Origin: Escherichia phage EP02SG
Length of the DNA stretch: 64,000 bases
Reading direction: 5' to 3' (one strand)
Sequence record: PQ301181
Below the pieces are notes generated by a model, which saw nothing but the letters and a program-made list of their open reading frames with translations, was not told where the DNA came from and did not search any database. Numbering within the stretch: position 1 is the first letter of the stretch; the number at the start of each line of letters is the position of its first letter. Of this stretch, positions 26,027 through 35,013 are shown in pieces. Made by a program: the position numbers and the translations under genes.

Positions 26027-27469
26027 TTAAAATTTTAACTCATTGGCTAAGCTATCTAGGTCAGCACGTGTTGCTTTGGCTTTACCTACGCGTTCCGTAC
26101 GATTCACCTCTGCCTGACGCATCTGAGCACCTGCGTTTTCATTTACTGTGTTAGGTGTGTTCATGCCTTCTTGCTCAATCTCAATCCATTTCTGGTTGCC
26201 TTTACGTACACCCATCAGGAATTTATTCCACTTATTCTTATCACCGTATCGTGATTTGATTTGTTTGATAAGTTGTTGTTCAGCTTGTGCAAGTTCTTCG
26301 GTTTCAATTACGGCCAACATGAAATCTGCCGTTGCTGGTAAACCTGCTGATTCTGCAATATCGCTCATGTTCATGTCCGAAGCATCCCATGCTGCGCGTC
26401 CTACTTGAGCGGCAGTCCATAGAACTGTTTCAGATTCTACTGCTAATGCACGAAGTTCTTCTGCGATAGCTTTAACTAATGTGTAGCTATTTTCAGTGTA
26501 AACTCTGATACGACAAGACCCACAAATACCTAAGTAATCAACCATGATTACAGATGGCACAAAGTTCTTCTTGAGTTTCAATTCATTAAGCAATGCACGG
26601 AATGTATTAGCATTAGCTCCACCAGTAGGATACTGTTTAACTACTAAACGTCCTAATGTGGATTTTGAACGCCATTTTTCCATCTTGGCTTTATATTCAG
26701 CATAAGATACGTTACCATCATCGATATCATCAAGTGATACGTCAAGCATGTTTGCATCTATACGCTTAGCACAAACTTCTTCAGCCATTTCCATAGAAAT
26801 ATAAAGAACATTATGGCCCGTTTGAAGATAATCTGCAGCAAGTGAACAAAGGCCTAAAGATTTACCAACGTTAACACCAGCCATTAAAACATTCAGTGTA
26901 CCGGTTTCTGCACCACCTTTAGTAATTTTATTTAGAATGTTTAATTTGAACGGGACCTTACGTGCTTTGTTCAGATAAGAAAGCCAGCGTGCTTCGTAGT
27001 CTTCCATCCAGTCATGTCCAACATAACTATCAAACGAAATTGAAAGTGCTTGACGCATAATATCAGGAATAGCTCCTACGTCAGGCATTTTCTTGTTACG
27101 TTGTTCTGGAGGTAGTTCAGCATTAGACTGAATCTCAATGATTTTGGATGTAGCATTATACATCGCTTTTTGCTGGACATATTTCTCAGTTTCTTTAACC
27201 AACCATTCATGGTCTTCAGGAGTATCAGCCAATTTTTCAATTAGGTCTGAAGTTCCTTTATATTCGGCTTCAGTTAAAGAACTGTTATCTAAAGCCACCT
27301 TTAATGCATTGATAGATGGCATTGCATTATATTCGTTAACGTGGCTCTTTATAATTTTAAAGACGTTTTTTGCCGGTCCACGCTCAAAATACTCAGAATC
27401 CATATAAGGCCAGACCTTAGAAAAATAAGCCTGGTCGTATACTAGATGAGACAAAATAATTTCTACCAC
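26027..27469 (-). CDS. 41: replicative DNA helicase gp41 (DnaB-like)
   Basis: 480-aa track ORF; Walker A GVNVGKSLGL and overall match to remembered T4 gp41. Confidence 0.9.
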   Translation of the reverse strand: MVEIILSHLVYDQAYFSKVWPYMDSEYFERGPAKNVFKIIKSHVNEYNAMPSINALKVALDNSSLTEAEYKGTSDLIEKLADTPEDHEWLVKETEKYVQQKAMYNATSKIIEIQSNAELPPEQRNKKMPDVGAIPDIMRQALSISFDSYVGHDWMEDYEARWLSYLNKARKVPFKLNILNKITKGGAETGTLNVLMAGVNVGKSLGLCSLAADYLQTGHNVLYISMEMAEEVCAKRIDANMLDVSLDDIDDGNVSYAEYKAKMEKWRSKSTLGRLVVKQYPTGGANANTFRALLNELKLKKNFVPSVIMVDYLGICGSCRIRVYTENSYTLVKAIAEELRALAVESETVLWTAAQVGRAAWDASDMNMSDIAESAGLPATADFMLAVIETEELAQAEQQLIKQIKSRYGDKNKWNKFLMGVRKGNQKWIEIEQEGMNTPNTVNENAGAQMRQAEVNRTERVGKAKATRADLDSLANELKF

Positions 27470-27478
27470 GATAACTCC

Positions 27479-27820
27479 TTAAAAGAATTTAAATTTTTTC
27501 TTGGTCCGTTCATTAAAAGCTTGTTGTACTTGCATTGTAACACATTTTTCAACATGTGGTGCAAGTTCTGCTTTTCTGTCCTGGTCAAGAACTGCAAAGT
27601 CCATTACGATTTTACCATCAACCCAGTCTAGTTTTGTAATATAGACTATATGATGAGAACCATCTTCAAGTGTAATCAGAATCTCTTGAATGACATTTTC
27701 CATTGCTGAACGGATAATTTTAAGAGATTCATTAAACACTCGTTCTTTGCGAATGTCTTCCCCTTCCGAAGAAGGGGATTCATCAACGATTTCTAGATTT
27801 AAATCATCGAGATTATTCAT
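27479..27820 (-). CDS. 40: gp40-like head vertex assembly protein
   Basis: Track ORF 27479..27841 trimmed to MNNLDD; position between 41 and uvsX as in T4; similarity not verified. Confidence 0.5.
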   Translation of the reverse strand: MNNLDDLNLEIVDESPSSEGEDIRKERVFNESLKIIRSAMENVIQEILITLEDGSHHIVYITKLDWVDGKIVMDFAVLDQDRKAELAPHVEKCVTMQVQQAFNERTKKKFKFF

Positions 27821-28985
27821 CGAAATCTTCCATTTCGTCAAGGTCGTTTTCTATATCTGCTGCAGACGGAGCATCAGAAGTTTTAACCGGAACTTTAGTT
27901 GTTGCTTTGCAATTAATAAGGTCGTTAACAGCGTCATCAACTTCTTTAATAGAAGAGATAGCACCTAGTTTATATTTAGTTTCAATTGCATCTCGGAAAG
28001 GTTTGTGTTTAAACAAAGGTCCCCAGAATTCTACACAATCAGTAGCTTTAGCACGCCACGATTTCTCTTCACGAATCATTTCGCCTGTTTCTTCGTCAAG
28101 GAATTCACGAGCATACCAACCGGCTTTAGGCTTAACCACAAAACCGATTTCAGTTGCCATTTCTAACAAGCCACTGAATGGGTCAATACCACCATCGAAA
28201 TTAACCGTGATTGGGAAAGTAGATTTCTCTTTAACTGTACGAGATTTTTCTGCTTTCAACGTGAAGTCATAACCGGTCAATTCTGTACCTTCTTTAACCT
28301 GACGTTTAGAGATAAAAAATACCGTGTTGGCAGAATAAAGAATACCTGTACCACCGCCCATAATCTCTTTAGGATACAATCCACCAATTTCCATTGCGGT
28401 ATGGTTAATTGCAACACACGGAATATCTTTAATAGTCAGATAAGGAGTCACAATACGGAAAAGAGATTTAAGTGCCTTAGCACGAGACATATCACCTACA
28501 ACTTTCTCGTTCAACGCATCTTCGGTTTCTTTCTTAGATGCAGTATTACCGATTGAATCGATAAAGATAATAACTTTATCACCGCGTTCAATCGCGTCAA
28601 GCTGATTAGTCATATCAACTTTAAGTTGTTCGACGGACTGAATTGGCGTATGAACTACACGGTCTAAATCAACACCCATTGAACGAAAATAAGATTCTGA
28701 AGCACCGAATTCTGAGTCATAAAACAAACAGATTGCATCTTTATATTTCTTCATATATGCTGCAACCATAGTTAGTCCAAACAACGTTTTAAAGTGTTTA
28801 GAAGGAGCAGCAAAAATAGTTAAGCCTGATTGCAACCCTGCATTCAGTGCACCACCTAATGCAATATTCAACATCGGAATACGAGTAGGGACTTCATCAC
28901 GATTATTAAACAGCTTAGACTTAGTCAAGTCTGCAGTCATTTTAGAAGTAGAAGCTTTAATCAGACGAGATTTTAAATCAGACAT
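27813..28985 (-). CDS. uvsX: UvsX recombinase (RecA-like)
   Basis: 390-aa track ORF; RecA fold with Walker A GLTIFAAPSKHFKT and acidic C-tail; matches remembered T4 UvsX. Confidence 0.9.
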   Translation of the reverse strand: MSDLKSRLIKASTSKMTADLTKSKLFNNRDEVPTRIPMLNIALGGALNAGLQSGLTIFAAPSKHFKTLFGLTMVAAYMKKYKDAICLFYDSEFGASESYFRSMGVDLDRVVHTPIQSVEQLKVDMTNQLDAIERGDKVIIFIDSIGNTASKKETEDALNEKVVGDMSRAKALKSLFRIVTPYLTIKDIPCVAINHTAMEIGGLYPKEIMGGGTGILYSANTVFFISKRQVKEGTELTGYDFTLKAEKSRTVKEKSTFPITVNFDGGIDPFSGLLEMATEIGFVVKPKAGWYAREFLDEETGEMIREEKSWRAKATDCVEFWGPLFKHKPFRDAIETKYKLGAISSIKEVDDAVNDLINCKATTKVPVKTSDAPSAADIENDLDEMEDFDE

Positions 28986-29085
28986 TGTATTTTTCCATAG
29001 GCATCATTATATTTTACTCATGTTTAAAAGATAAGACGATTATATACTAAGGGTTATACAGCATTTAAAAACTTTAAACAGGCTC

Positions 29086-29634
29086 TTAACGAGCCCATTT
29101 GATAATTTCTGTAATCAAATAATTACGTTCGCTTGCATTAAATCCTATAACTTTGTTAGCACCGTCATGATTAAGTAATTGATACGTTTGGATTTTGTTA
29201 TGAATTGCAAACTCTTCAAAATATGAAATGACTGTATTAAAACCGAATGAAGACAAAGTAATAAGGTCGTCTTCAAAACTTTCAGTCATTTCGTTACGTG
29301 TTAAAATAATTGTGAACACATCATGGTTTTGGCAAAGACGAACATAATCCTGTTCATAAACATCAAGAACCGAGTCCGCATCTTGTCGAATACGTCCATA
29401 AACCCAGTTACTAATATATCCACGGTCTAACAGATAAATCTTAGTAGGGTCTAAATAATTCAACATCGTTTCGAAACAACCAACTTCATTTCGAGACTTA
29501 ACATCGAAACGTCCATCAACTGTTCGTTTAGGGAAATCAATCTTTACATATCTTTCACTAATTTCCATTATGTCATTAATGAAAGTTGTTTTACCAGCAT
29601 TATCCGGGCCATCTACTAAAATAATTTTAGCCAT
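29086..29634 (-). CDS. P-loop kinase (nucleoside/nucleotide or sugar kinase-like)
   Basis: 182-aa track ORF; Walker A GPDNAGKTT at N-terminus; start within 2 nt of upstream ORF stop. Confidence 0.55.
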   Translation of the reverse strand: MAKIILVDGPDNAGKTTFINDIMEISERYVKIDFPKRTVDGRFDVKSRNEVGCFETMLNYLDPTKIYLLDRGYISNWVYGRIRQDADSVLDVYEQDYVRLCQNHDVFTIILTRNEMTESFEDDLITLSSFGFNTVISYFEEFAIHNKIQTYQLLNHDGANKVIGFNASERNYLITEIIKWAR

Positions 29635-29635
29635 T

Positions 29636-30535
29636 TTATTCCTCGATTACGACATCTTCATATTTAGGTATATTATACGGCGAAGAAATTAAAGCATTAA
29701 AGTAGATGAACTCGCCAAGACCTGGATGGAATACTTCTTCAGGATTTTCGAAATATTGAATCTTCGGACGTCCTTTAAGAATTTGATAGTACTCAGTTTT
29801 AGTTGGATTAAAAATTCGAATCAGCGCTTCTTCAGGATACTTATTTCTGTCGAAACTATTATTTGGATCAGTTATATAAAGCGGTTGACCTAATTGAATT
29901 GCGCATTCAACCACTTGTTCAAAACGATAGCATGGGTCACTAATTCGAAATGGATGAAAAATACCATCTAGATGAATAGGAGCCAAATCACCTACAAGAC
30001 GCTGCATGACGGAAGGACGTATAACTTTCTGTGTTACGATAATCTTATTACCATCTGCACCTGCGTTAACCAGCACTTCTTTTTGACGTTCATTCAACAC
30101 AGTAGTTTGAAGTGAACGATTAACAGACAACATGTCGGTTTTTAAGAATTCATCAATATAAAAACGTGGTTTATTAGGGTCTGCAGTGATATTGAAATTG
30201 AATTCTACGTCAAAAGCGCCATCATATCCAGTGATATCTGTGATTAGAAAATCACAATCATAATAAGCAATTAATGAATCAACCACAAATTCATTTTCAG
30301 ACCAGAAATATTTACGAGTGTTATACGCGTTATCTTTATACCATAATGGAACAAACTTAAATTCCGGAAAAAGACGTTCGCATTCTTTAATATCAGATGC
30401 ATTACGTGGATATGTAATCACATCACCTGGATTAGCACGGTGCAAATGAAGTTGGAAGTTGCCATCCTTAAGGATAGCATACTGACCAGTTTCATAAGAC
30501 CGCATACTCAAGATAGGTACACGGAAAATAGCCAT
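29636..30535 (-). CDS. hypothetical protein (299 aa) at the T4 beta-gt position
   Basis: Track ORF; start overlaps gp42 stop at 30535; no recognisable resemblance to T4 beta-glucosyltransferase. Confidence 0.5.
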   Translation of the reverse strand: MAIFRVPILSMRSYETGQYAILKDGNFQLHLHRANPGDVITYPRNASDIKECERLFPEFKFVPLWYKDNAYNTRKYFWSENEFVVDSLIAYYDCDFLITDITGYDGAFDVEFNFNITADPNKPRFYIDEFLKTDMLSVNRSLQTTVLNERQKEVLVNAGADGNKIIVTQKVIRPSVMQRLVGDLAPIHLDGIFHPFRISDPCYRFEQVVECAIQLGQPLYITDPNNSFDRNKYPEEALIRIFNPTKTEYYQILKGRPKIQYFENPEEVFHPGLGEFIYFNALISSPYNIPKYEDVVIEE

Positions 30536-31251
30536 TAGTCAAGGAATCCTTTAACATAATCAAAATCACGTTCAAACACATGGGCACTTACCATGGTATG
30601 AGTATAATCACCAACTTCTACACCACATTCATTAGCGATATAATGAAGTAATTTTCCTTGGAGATAAAAATCCAACTGCATAACAACAGCACAGTTCTGA
30701 GAACGCATATGACAGTGGGTATAAAGCTTACCATCACGAATATAATAAGTCACTGAGTCAGTACATGGATATTCAAGTGTTTCGTCCGAATCAAGCAAAG
30801 CCTGATCTGAACTTTCTAGAATTTGGAACACAACTCTTCGGGAGTTAGGCTTCTCTTTAAGTTCTTTTAGAAGAGCTGGTAATTGGGCCGCAATGCGAGG
30901 ACCATAGAAAGTGTTGAAGTTCGCCGGCAAAACATCTGATTTTGGTTTAGAAATAAATTTAGCGACATTAGGATATGCCTTAAACGCTTCTTCTGCGTTG
31001 GTACCACCAGAAATCATAAACTTCCAGAAGTCTTCGGCATATTCATAAGAGATGCGGTTAATACGTGGGTCGGTCATTTTGAATGATGATGGAGTGTCAA
31101 CAACTACTGTCATAGACCCAATTTCATTACAACGTCCAATACGAGAATCAGTTACGAATTCCGGGTTTTCTAAAATTTCACGATTGACTGCTTTAAATGC
31201 GGTTTGAAAATCTGCGGCTTTAATATATTTCATTGTGTTATGTTTTCCCAT
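30535..31251 (-). CDS. 42: dCMP hydroxymethylase gp42 (thymidylate synthase family)
   Basis: 238-aa track ORF; TS-fold block PCTDSVTYYIRDGKLYTHCHMRSQNCAVVMQLDFYLQGKLLHYIANECGVEVGDYTHTMVSAHVF; length and position match gene 42 rather than td. Confidence 0.8.
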   Translation of the reverse strand: MGKHNTMKYIKAADFQTAFKAVNREILENPEFVTDSRIGRCNEIGSMTVVVDTPSSFKMTDPRINRISYEYAEDFWKFMISGGTNAEEAFKAYPNVAKFISKPKSDVLPANFNTFYGPRIAAQLPALLKELKEKPNSRRVVFQILESSDQALLDSDETLEYPCTDSVTYYIRDGKLYTHCHMRSQNCAVVMQLDFYLQGKLLHYIANECGVEVGDYTHTMVSAHVFERDFDYVKGFLD

Positions 31252-31269
31252 GTTTACCTCAATACAGTT

Positions 31270-31295
31270 ATTATATACTCAATTCATAAAGCTTA
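31270..31295 (-). promoter_or_regulatory. possible MotA-type middle promoter upstream of gene 42
   Basis: rc: TAAGCTTTA - 11 nt - TATAAT then GAGGTAAAC SD and ATG at 31251; one mismatch to MotA box. Confidence 0.35.
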
Positions 31296-31374
31296 TTTGA
31301 ATTTCTTAGCGATGTTGATATAACGTAAAGCTTCAGCATCGATATTTCCAAGAACACTATGAAGAAATGCATCA

Positions 31375-31533
31375 GCGTAGTATTCTAGTTGAACAGGTTT
31401 CTTTAATCACTTTAGCCGCTTTAGTTTCAAACAGGCCCATAAGGGCCTTTTTAAGAATTTGTTCGTTGCTGTTAATTTTAATAGTCAAAATCTCTTCGTT
31501 AAGTTGGTGGTTAAAAGTTTTTCTAGAAATCAT
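31375..31533 (-). CDS. small hypothetical protein (about 52 aa)
   Basis: Hand-translated MISRKTFNHQLNEEIL...; ATGA overlap with stop of the 386-aa ORF; coordinates approximate. Confidence 0.25.
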
Positions 31534-32690
31534 TCTGGGTACCTCAAAGCGTCATCAGAGTTAGTTATATCAATAATAGATATAGAGTTTTCTGATAACC
31601 CATTTTTAGATAACTGACGTTTATAATATCTTTCACAATATGTACACGTCGTCCCACAGATTTCATTAGCACAATCGAAATCTGGATGTTTGAACCACCT
31701 TTTTTCTAAAAAGCCGTCTAACAAAGAGGTTTCAATATTTACCGTATGTGAAAACTCAGTCTCATTTTCAAGAGTGAAAATGGTCTCTAAAGGCTTCCAC
31801 AATTCCAACAAATTACCTTCAAACTTTTCAGAAGCGTAAGCTTCAAGAACTTTTAAAATGTAGTCGGTGCTACCTGTACGTCCTGAAACTTTAAATTGAG
31901 TGATACCAATATCATTATAAAGTTTCAAATCTTGAGGACGAACAAAACGAGTTCTCAACCAGTTAAATGGATCTGTATCACGAGCTTTAATACAGTGTTG
32001 CATTGGATATCCATTTAAAGATTTGGCATCATCTACTGTAACATCGGTGCTATGGAAAATATAGCAAGAGTCACGATAGCTACAATGTGTTGTATACCCT
32101 TTACCAGCATTAGAACAGAACTCATTTACAAGAACTTCAAATATTATATTGTTCTTATTGCAAAACTCTGCTGCACGCTTCAGGAAAGAAACTGAACGGT
32201 TCTTATGAATTCCACAACAGACCTTTTTGATATTATACTGGTCATGCAAGTATTTGATTTGAGTTACAGCATCAACATGTAGAATTGTTGAAACTTCAAT
32301 CTCAATGTCTTTATTGACTTCACGAACAATTTCCATAACAACAGGGTTAGCGATAGTAATACGCCATACGCCTATTGACCAAAGATACTGAACATAATCC
32401 TGAATAGCTTTCTTCTTCCACTCAACTAGTTCTCTTTTTGAACCAGGATTTATCGTGTTGAGTGTATAGTTAAAGCAAATACCTAATTCGTTACAACGTT
32501 TAACGTAATCTTCTAACATCTTTTTGTCAACGTCAGGAAGCCTAAAATCAGGTCTGGCTGCTACAAAAGCCATTTCTCTTGTAGAGCCGTATACTTCGTT
32601 TATCAAGCTATTAGGATAAGTTTTATTGAGCTCTACGATTTTATCAAGAAGAGCTAAATCAAAATTCGTTCCGATTTTAAAAGTATTCAT
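31530..32690 (-). CDS. Cys-rich putative metalloenzyme (386 aa), possibly TIM-barrel/Fe-S (peptidase U32-like?)
   Basis: Track ORF; Cys clusters NEFCSNAGKGYTTHCSYRDSCYIF and CANEICGTTCTYCERYY; family assignment uncertain. Confidence 0.5.
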   Translation of the reverse strand: MNTFKIGTNFDLALLDKIVELNKTYPNSLINEVYGSTREMAFVAARPDFRLPDVDKKMLEDYVKRCNELGICFNYTLNTINPGSKRELVEWKKKAIQDYVQYLWSIGVWRITIANPVVMEIVREVNKDIEIEVSTILHVDAVTQIKYLHDQYNIKKVCCGIHKNRSVSFLKRAAEFCNKNNIIFEVLVNEFCSNAGKGYTTHCSYRDSCYIFHSTDVTVDDAKSLNGYPMQHCIKARDTDPFNWLRTRFVRPQDLKLYNDIGITQFKVSGRTGSTDYILKVLEAYASEKFEGNLLELWKPLETIFTLENETEFSHTVNIETSLLDGFLEKRWFKHPDFDCANEICGTTCTYCERYYKRQLSKNGLSENSISIIDITNSDDALRYPE

Positions 32691-32753
32691 TTTTTTTTTT
32701 TTTGCATCCCACGTTAATTGATGCGATGGTTTTTGCAGGTCTTACTTAAATTA

Positions 32754-33140
32754 TTATAGATTCGGTTTATATGATTTAAATGTTTCGAATTCGCCTTTAT
32801 TCATAAGAGCTTTGAATTCGTCAGGACGCATAGCTTTGTCGTCGATAATCCAATCATATACTGGTTTATGTGTTAGCAAATTATGGTACTTCAATCCAAT
32901 GTTTGCCAAGTTCTGAATCAGACTTGGGAGAATGTCAATTGCTATACGACCAGGACCGACTGACTTCATACCGCGAGCAGTGTAAAGCGTTATGGTATGC
33001 CCTGCATCATACAGGGCATTAATGGCAGACACCATTTCGACGTCTGGTTTGAAGTTCACGTAATCACGATTGTTATTCCACTCTGTTATACAATCATCGA
33101 CATCAAAACAAAGATTAAGCATGTTTTCTACACGGTGCAT
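32754..33140 (-). CDS. HAD-superfamily sugar-phosphate phosphatase (KdsC-like)
   Basis: Track ORF 32754..33155 trimmed to MHRVEN (TAATG overlap with upstream stop); HAD motif I FDVDDCIT, motif II TLYTARG, motif IV WIIDDK. Confidence 0.55.
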   Translation of the reverse strand: MHRVENMLNLCFDVDDCITEWNNNRDYVNFKPDVEMVSAINALYDAGHTITLYTARGMKSVGPGRIAIDILPSLIQNLANIGLKYHNLLTHKPVYDWIIDDKAMRPDEFKALMNKGEFETFKSYKPNL

Positions 33141-34828
33141 TAGATTCGTTCCCATTGATGAGTGATATCGCCACCGATTGGACGATAAGAAACACCAGTT
33201 TCTTTATCAGTTAGTACCCATTTACCAGGATTTTTTGTAATCAGAGTAGCCGTTACAGGTTCTGCTACATCATAACTAATAGTGCCGTCCTGAAGTACAC
33301 GGCCCATGTTACGTAATTGCTTAGTCAGAAGTTCCATACCTTTATAATATGCGGCTACCGCTTTAAGTGGATTATTCTTGAAATAACCACCTAATGCAAT
33401 CCAGATAATTGCCACTGCCAAATGATGATACTCGTTAAACGAACTCATCTTTCCATATTTGTAAACTAACGGATTGATGTTAATAGTCACATTACAAGTT
33501 GTTTCATCAATAGTAAACTGTCCCCAAGTCGGATTAGCGTTGAATTCATCATAACCTGAAACAGCGTAAAGCACTTTAGCTTCATCATACAATTTTGGCC
33601 CATAAATCTTGGTTTCACCAAAATATCCACGAGGGTCGATAAACTTGACTTCACCATTATCAGTAATCATAGTATTACTGAAGTTCGGGTCACCATGAAT
33701 AACAGAGTACTGTCCCTGAGAACGGTTATGATAACGAATAAGGTGTTCTAAAGCTTGTTTCAACATTGGCTTCAGACGCCCAATCTTAGTGTAGTTCACA
33801 TGTGTGATTTTACCAAATGAATCAATCAATGGTTGAATACTTTCACAACGATCAATAACTTTAGTATAGAATTCTTTAGTGAAATCACGACGAACAGTTT
33901 CAGGACTTACAAAATAAGTGTCTGTGCTGAATTTCAGTGCATCTAAAATTGCATCAATAATTTGTGGACGAGCAAGACTTGATTTGGATTTAATATATTC
34001 AAATGCTGGCTTACCTTTAATACGTTCCATAATAAAGTGGCCGCCAGGATGATAACTTACAATCCGTGGAACTGAATCTGATTTAACTTTCTTATACCAA
34101 TTGACTTCATCTTTTTGAAGTGCAACGCCCTGTTCTGTTAAAGCAATCTTTGTTACCGTTTCTTCGCCAATTTCAACTGCATTAAAACTACGATTAAGTT
34201 CACGAACTTCATGAGCTTTTTCAAGTTTAGGCATATCACCAAGATCGATGATATTCATAAGCTCTGATTTATTGAATGCGCTGCCGTAAAGGAATTCTAC
34301 GAAATCACGTCCTTTGCAGTATTCATGAATTTCCTCATCAGTAGAACCCATATAGAATTCCCAGTCTTTGAACTGATAAATTCCTACAACATTACCACCT
34401 GTTGAACCTACATTAGTGATATTTTCACCGTCGAAATTATATCGACATTCGTCACCCTTAACATAGATTGCGTTAACATTCCAAGACCACGAACCAAAAT
34501 CAGGAATAATATCACACCAGTTAACAATTACATTATGGCCGTCTAAATCTTTGTGCAATTTAGCAAGAGCATAAGCAGAACCATACGCTTCATCAACTGT
34601 ACGAATAGTCACATTGAACCCTTCTTGCTCACAATAAGCTCGAACAGTTTCAGCAAATTTTGAATGAACTACTACAATAATTTCATCTGCGCCAAGGTCA
34701 GAATAAATTGTATACAAATTGCTCAGAATAGTGTCTTGTTTATAGTTAACAAGCACCTTAGGAATATGATGCGTTATTGGATACAAACGAGTTGCCAGTC
34801 CAGCACCAAGAATAACAGCTTTTTTCAT
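33140..34828 (-). CDS. bifunctional sugar-1-phosphate nucleotidyltransferase / sugar kinase
   Basis: 562-aa track ORF; N-term MKKAVILGAGLATRLYPIT..PKVLV (RmlA/GalU-type NTP-transferase); C-term HGDPNFSNTMI...FIDPRG (APH/choline-kinase Brenner motif); TGAGGA SD. Confidence 0.65.
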   Translation of the reverse strand: MKKAVILGAGLATRLYPITHHIPKVLVNYKQDTILSNLYTIYSDLGADEIIVVVHSKFAETVRAYCEQEGFNVTIRTVDEAYGSAYALAKLHKDLDGHNVIVNWCDIIPDFGSWSWNVNAIYVKGDECRYNFDGENITNVGSTGGNVVGIYQFKDWEFYMGSTDEEIHEYCKGRDFVEFLYGSAFNKSELMNIIDLGDMPKLEKAHEVRELNRSFNAVEIGEETVTKIALTEQGVALQKDEVNWYKKVKSDSVPRIVSYHPGGHFIMERIKGKPAFEYIKSKSSLARPQIIDAILDALKFSTDTYFVSPETVRRDFTKEFYTKVIDRCESIQPLIDSFGKITHVNYTKIGRLKPMLKQALEHLIRYHNRSQGQYSVIHGDPNFSNTMITDNGEVKFIDPRGYFGETKIYGPKLYDEAKVLYAVSGYDEFNANPTWGQFTIDETTCNVTININPLVYKYGKMSSFNEYHHLAVAIIWIALGGYFKNNPLKAVAAYYKGMELLTKQLRNMGRVLQDGTISYDVAEPVTATLITKNPGKWVLTDKETGVSYRPIGGDITHQWERI

Positions 34829-34869
34829 GTTGTGGTCCTCATTGGTAAGTAGGAGTATTGTACACTATT

Positions 34870-35013
34870 CTAGTTAAAGCATTCATACTTTGCTTGTAGT
34901 CCAATCATAATCCATCCGATTATAAGAGTCGGAATCATTACTGGAGCCGTTAAGCTCCAGTAGATAGTCATGACAAGCATCAATAGTAAAAGTCCTATTG
35001 TTATTGCTTTCAT
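34870..35013 (-). CDS. small membrane protein (about 47 aa)
   Basis: Hand-translated MKAITIGLLLLMLVMTIYWSLTAPVMIPTLIIGWIMIGLQAKYECFN; ATGA overlap with stop of the SIS-domain gene. Confidence 0.3.
   Translation of the reverse strand: MKAITIGLLLLMLVMTIYWSLTAPVMIPTLIIGWIMIGLQAKYECFN

Noticed and set aside
26005-26028. Hairpin followed by TTTTTATT on the plus strand, as a plus-strand terminator
   Set aside because: No plus-strand gene ends here; the element sits right after the minus-strand gp41 stop, so it is more likely a minus-strand RNA hairpin.
31367-31564. Plus-strand 65-aa track ORF
   Set aside because: Overlaps the 3' end of the 386-aa gene and a minus-strand small ORF; hydrophobic low-complexity translation; no SD.
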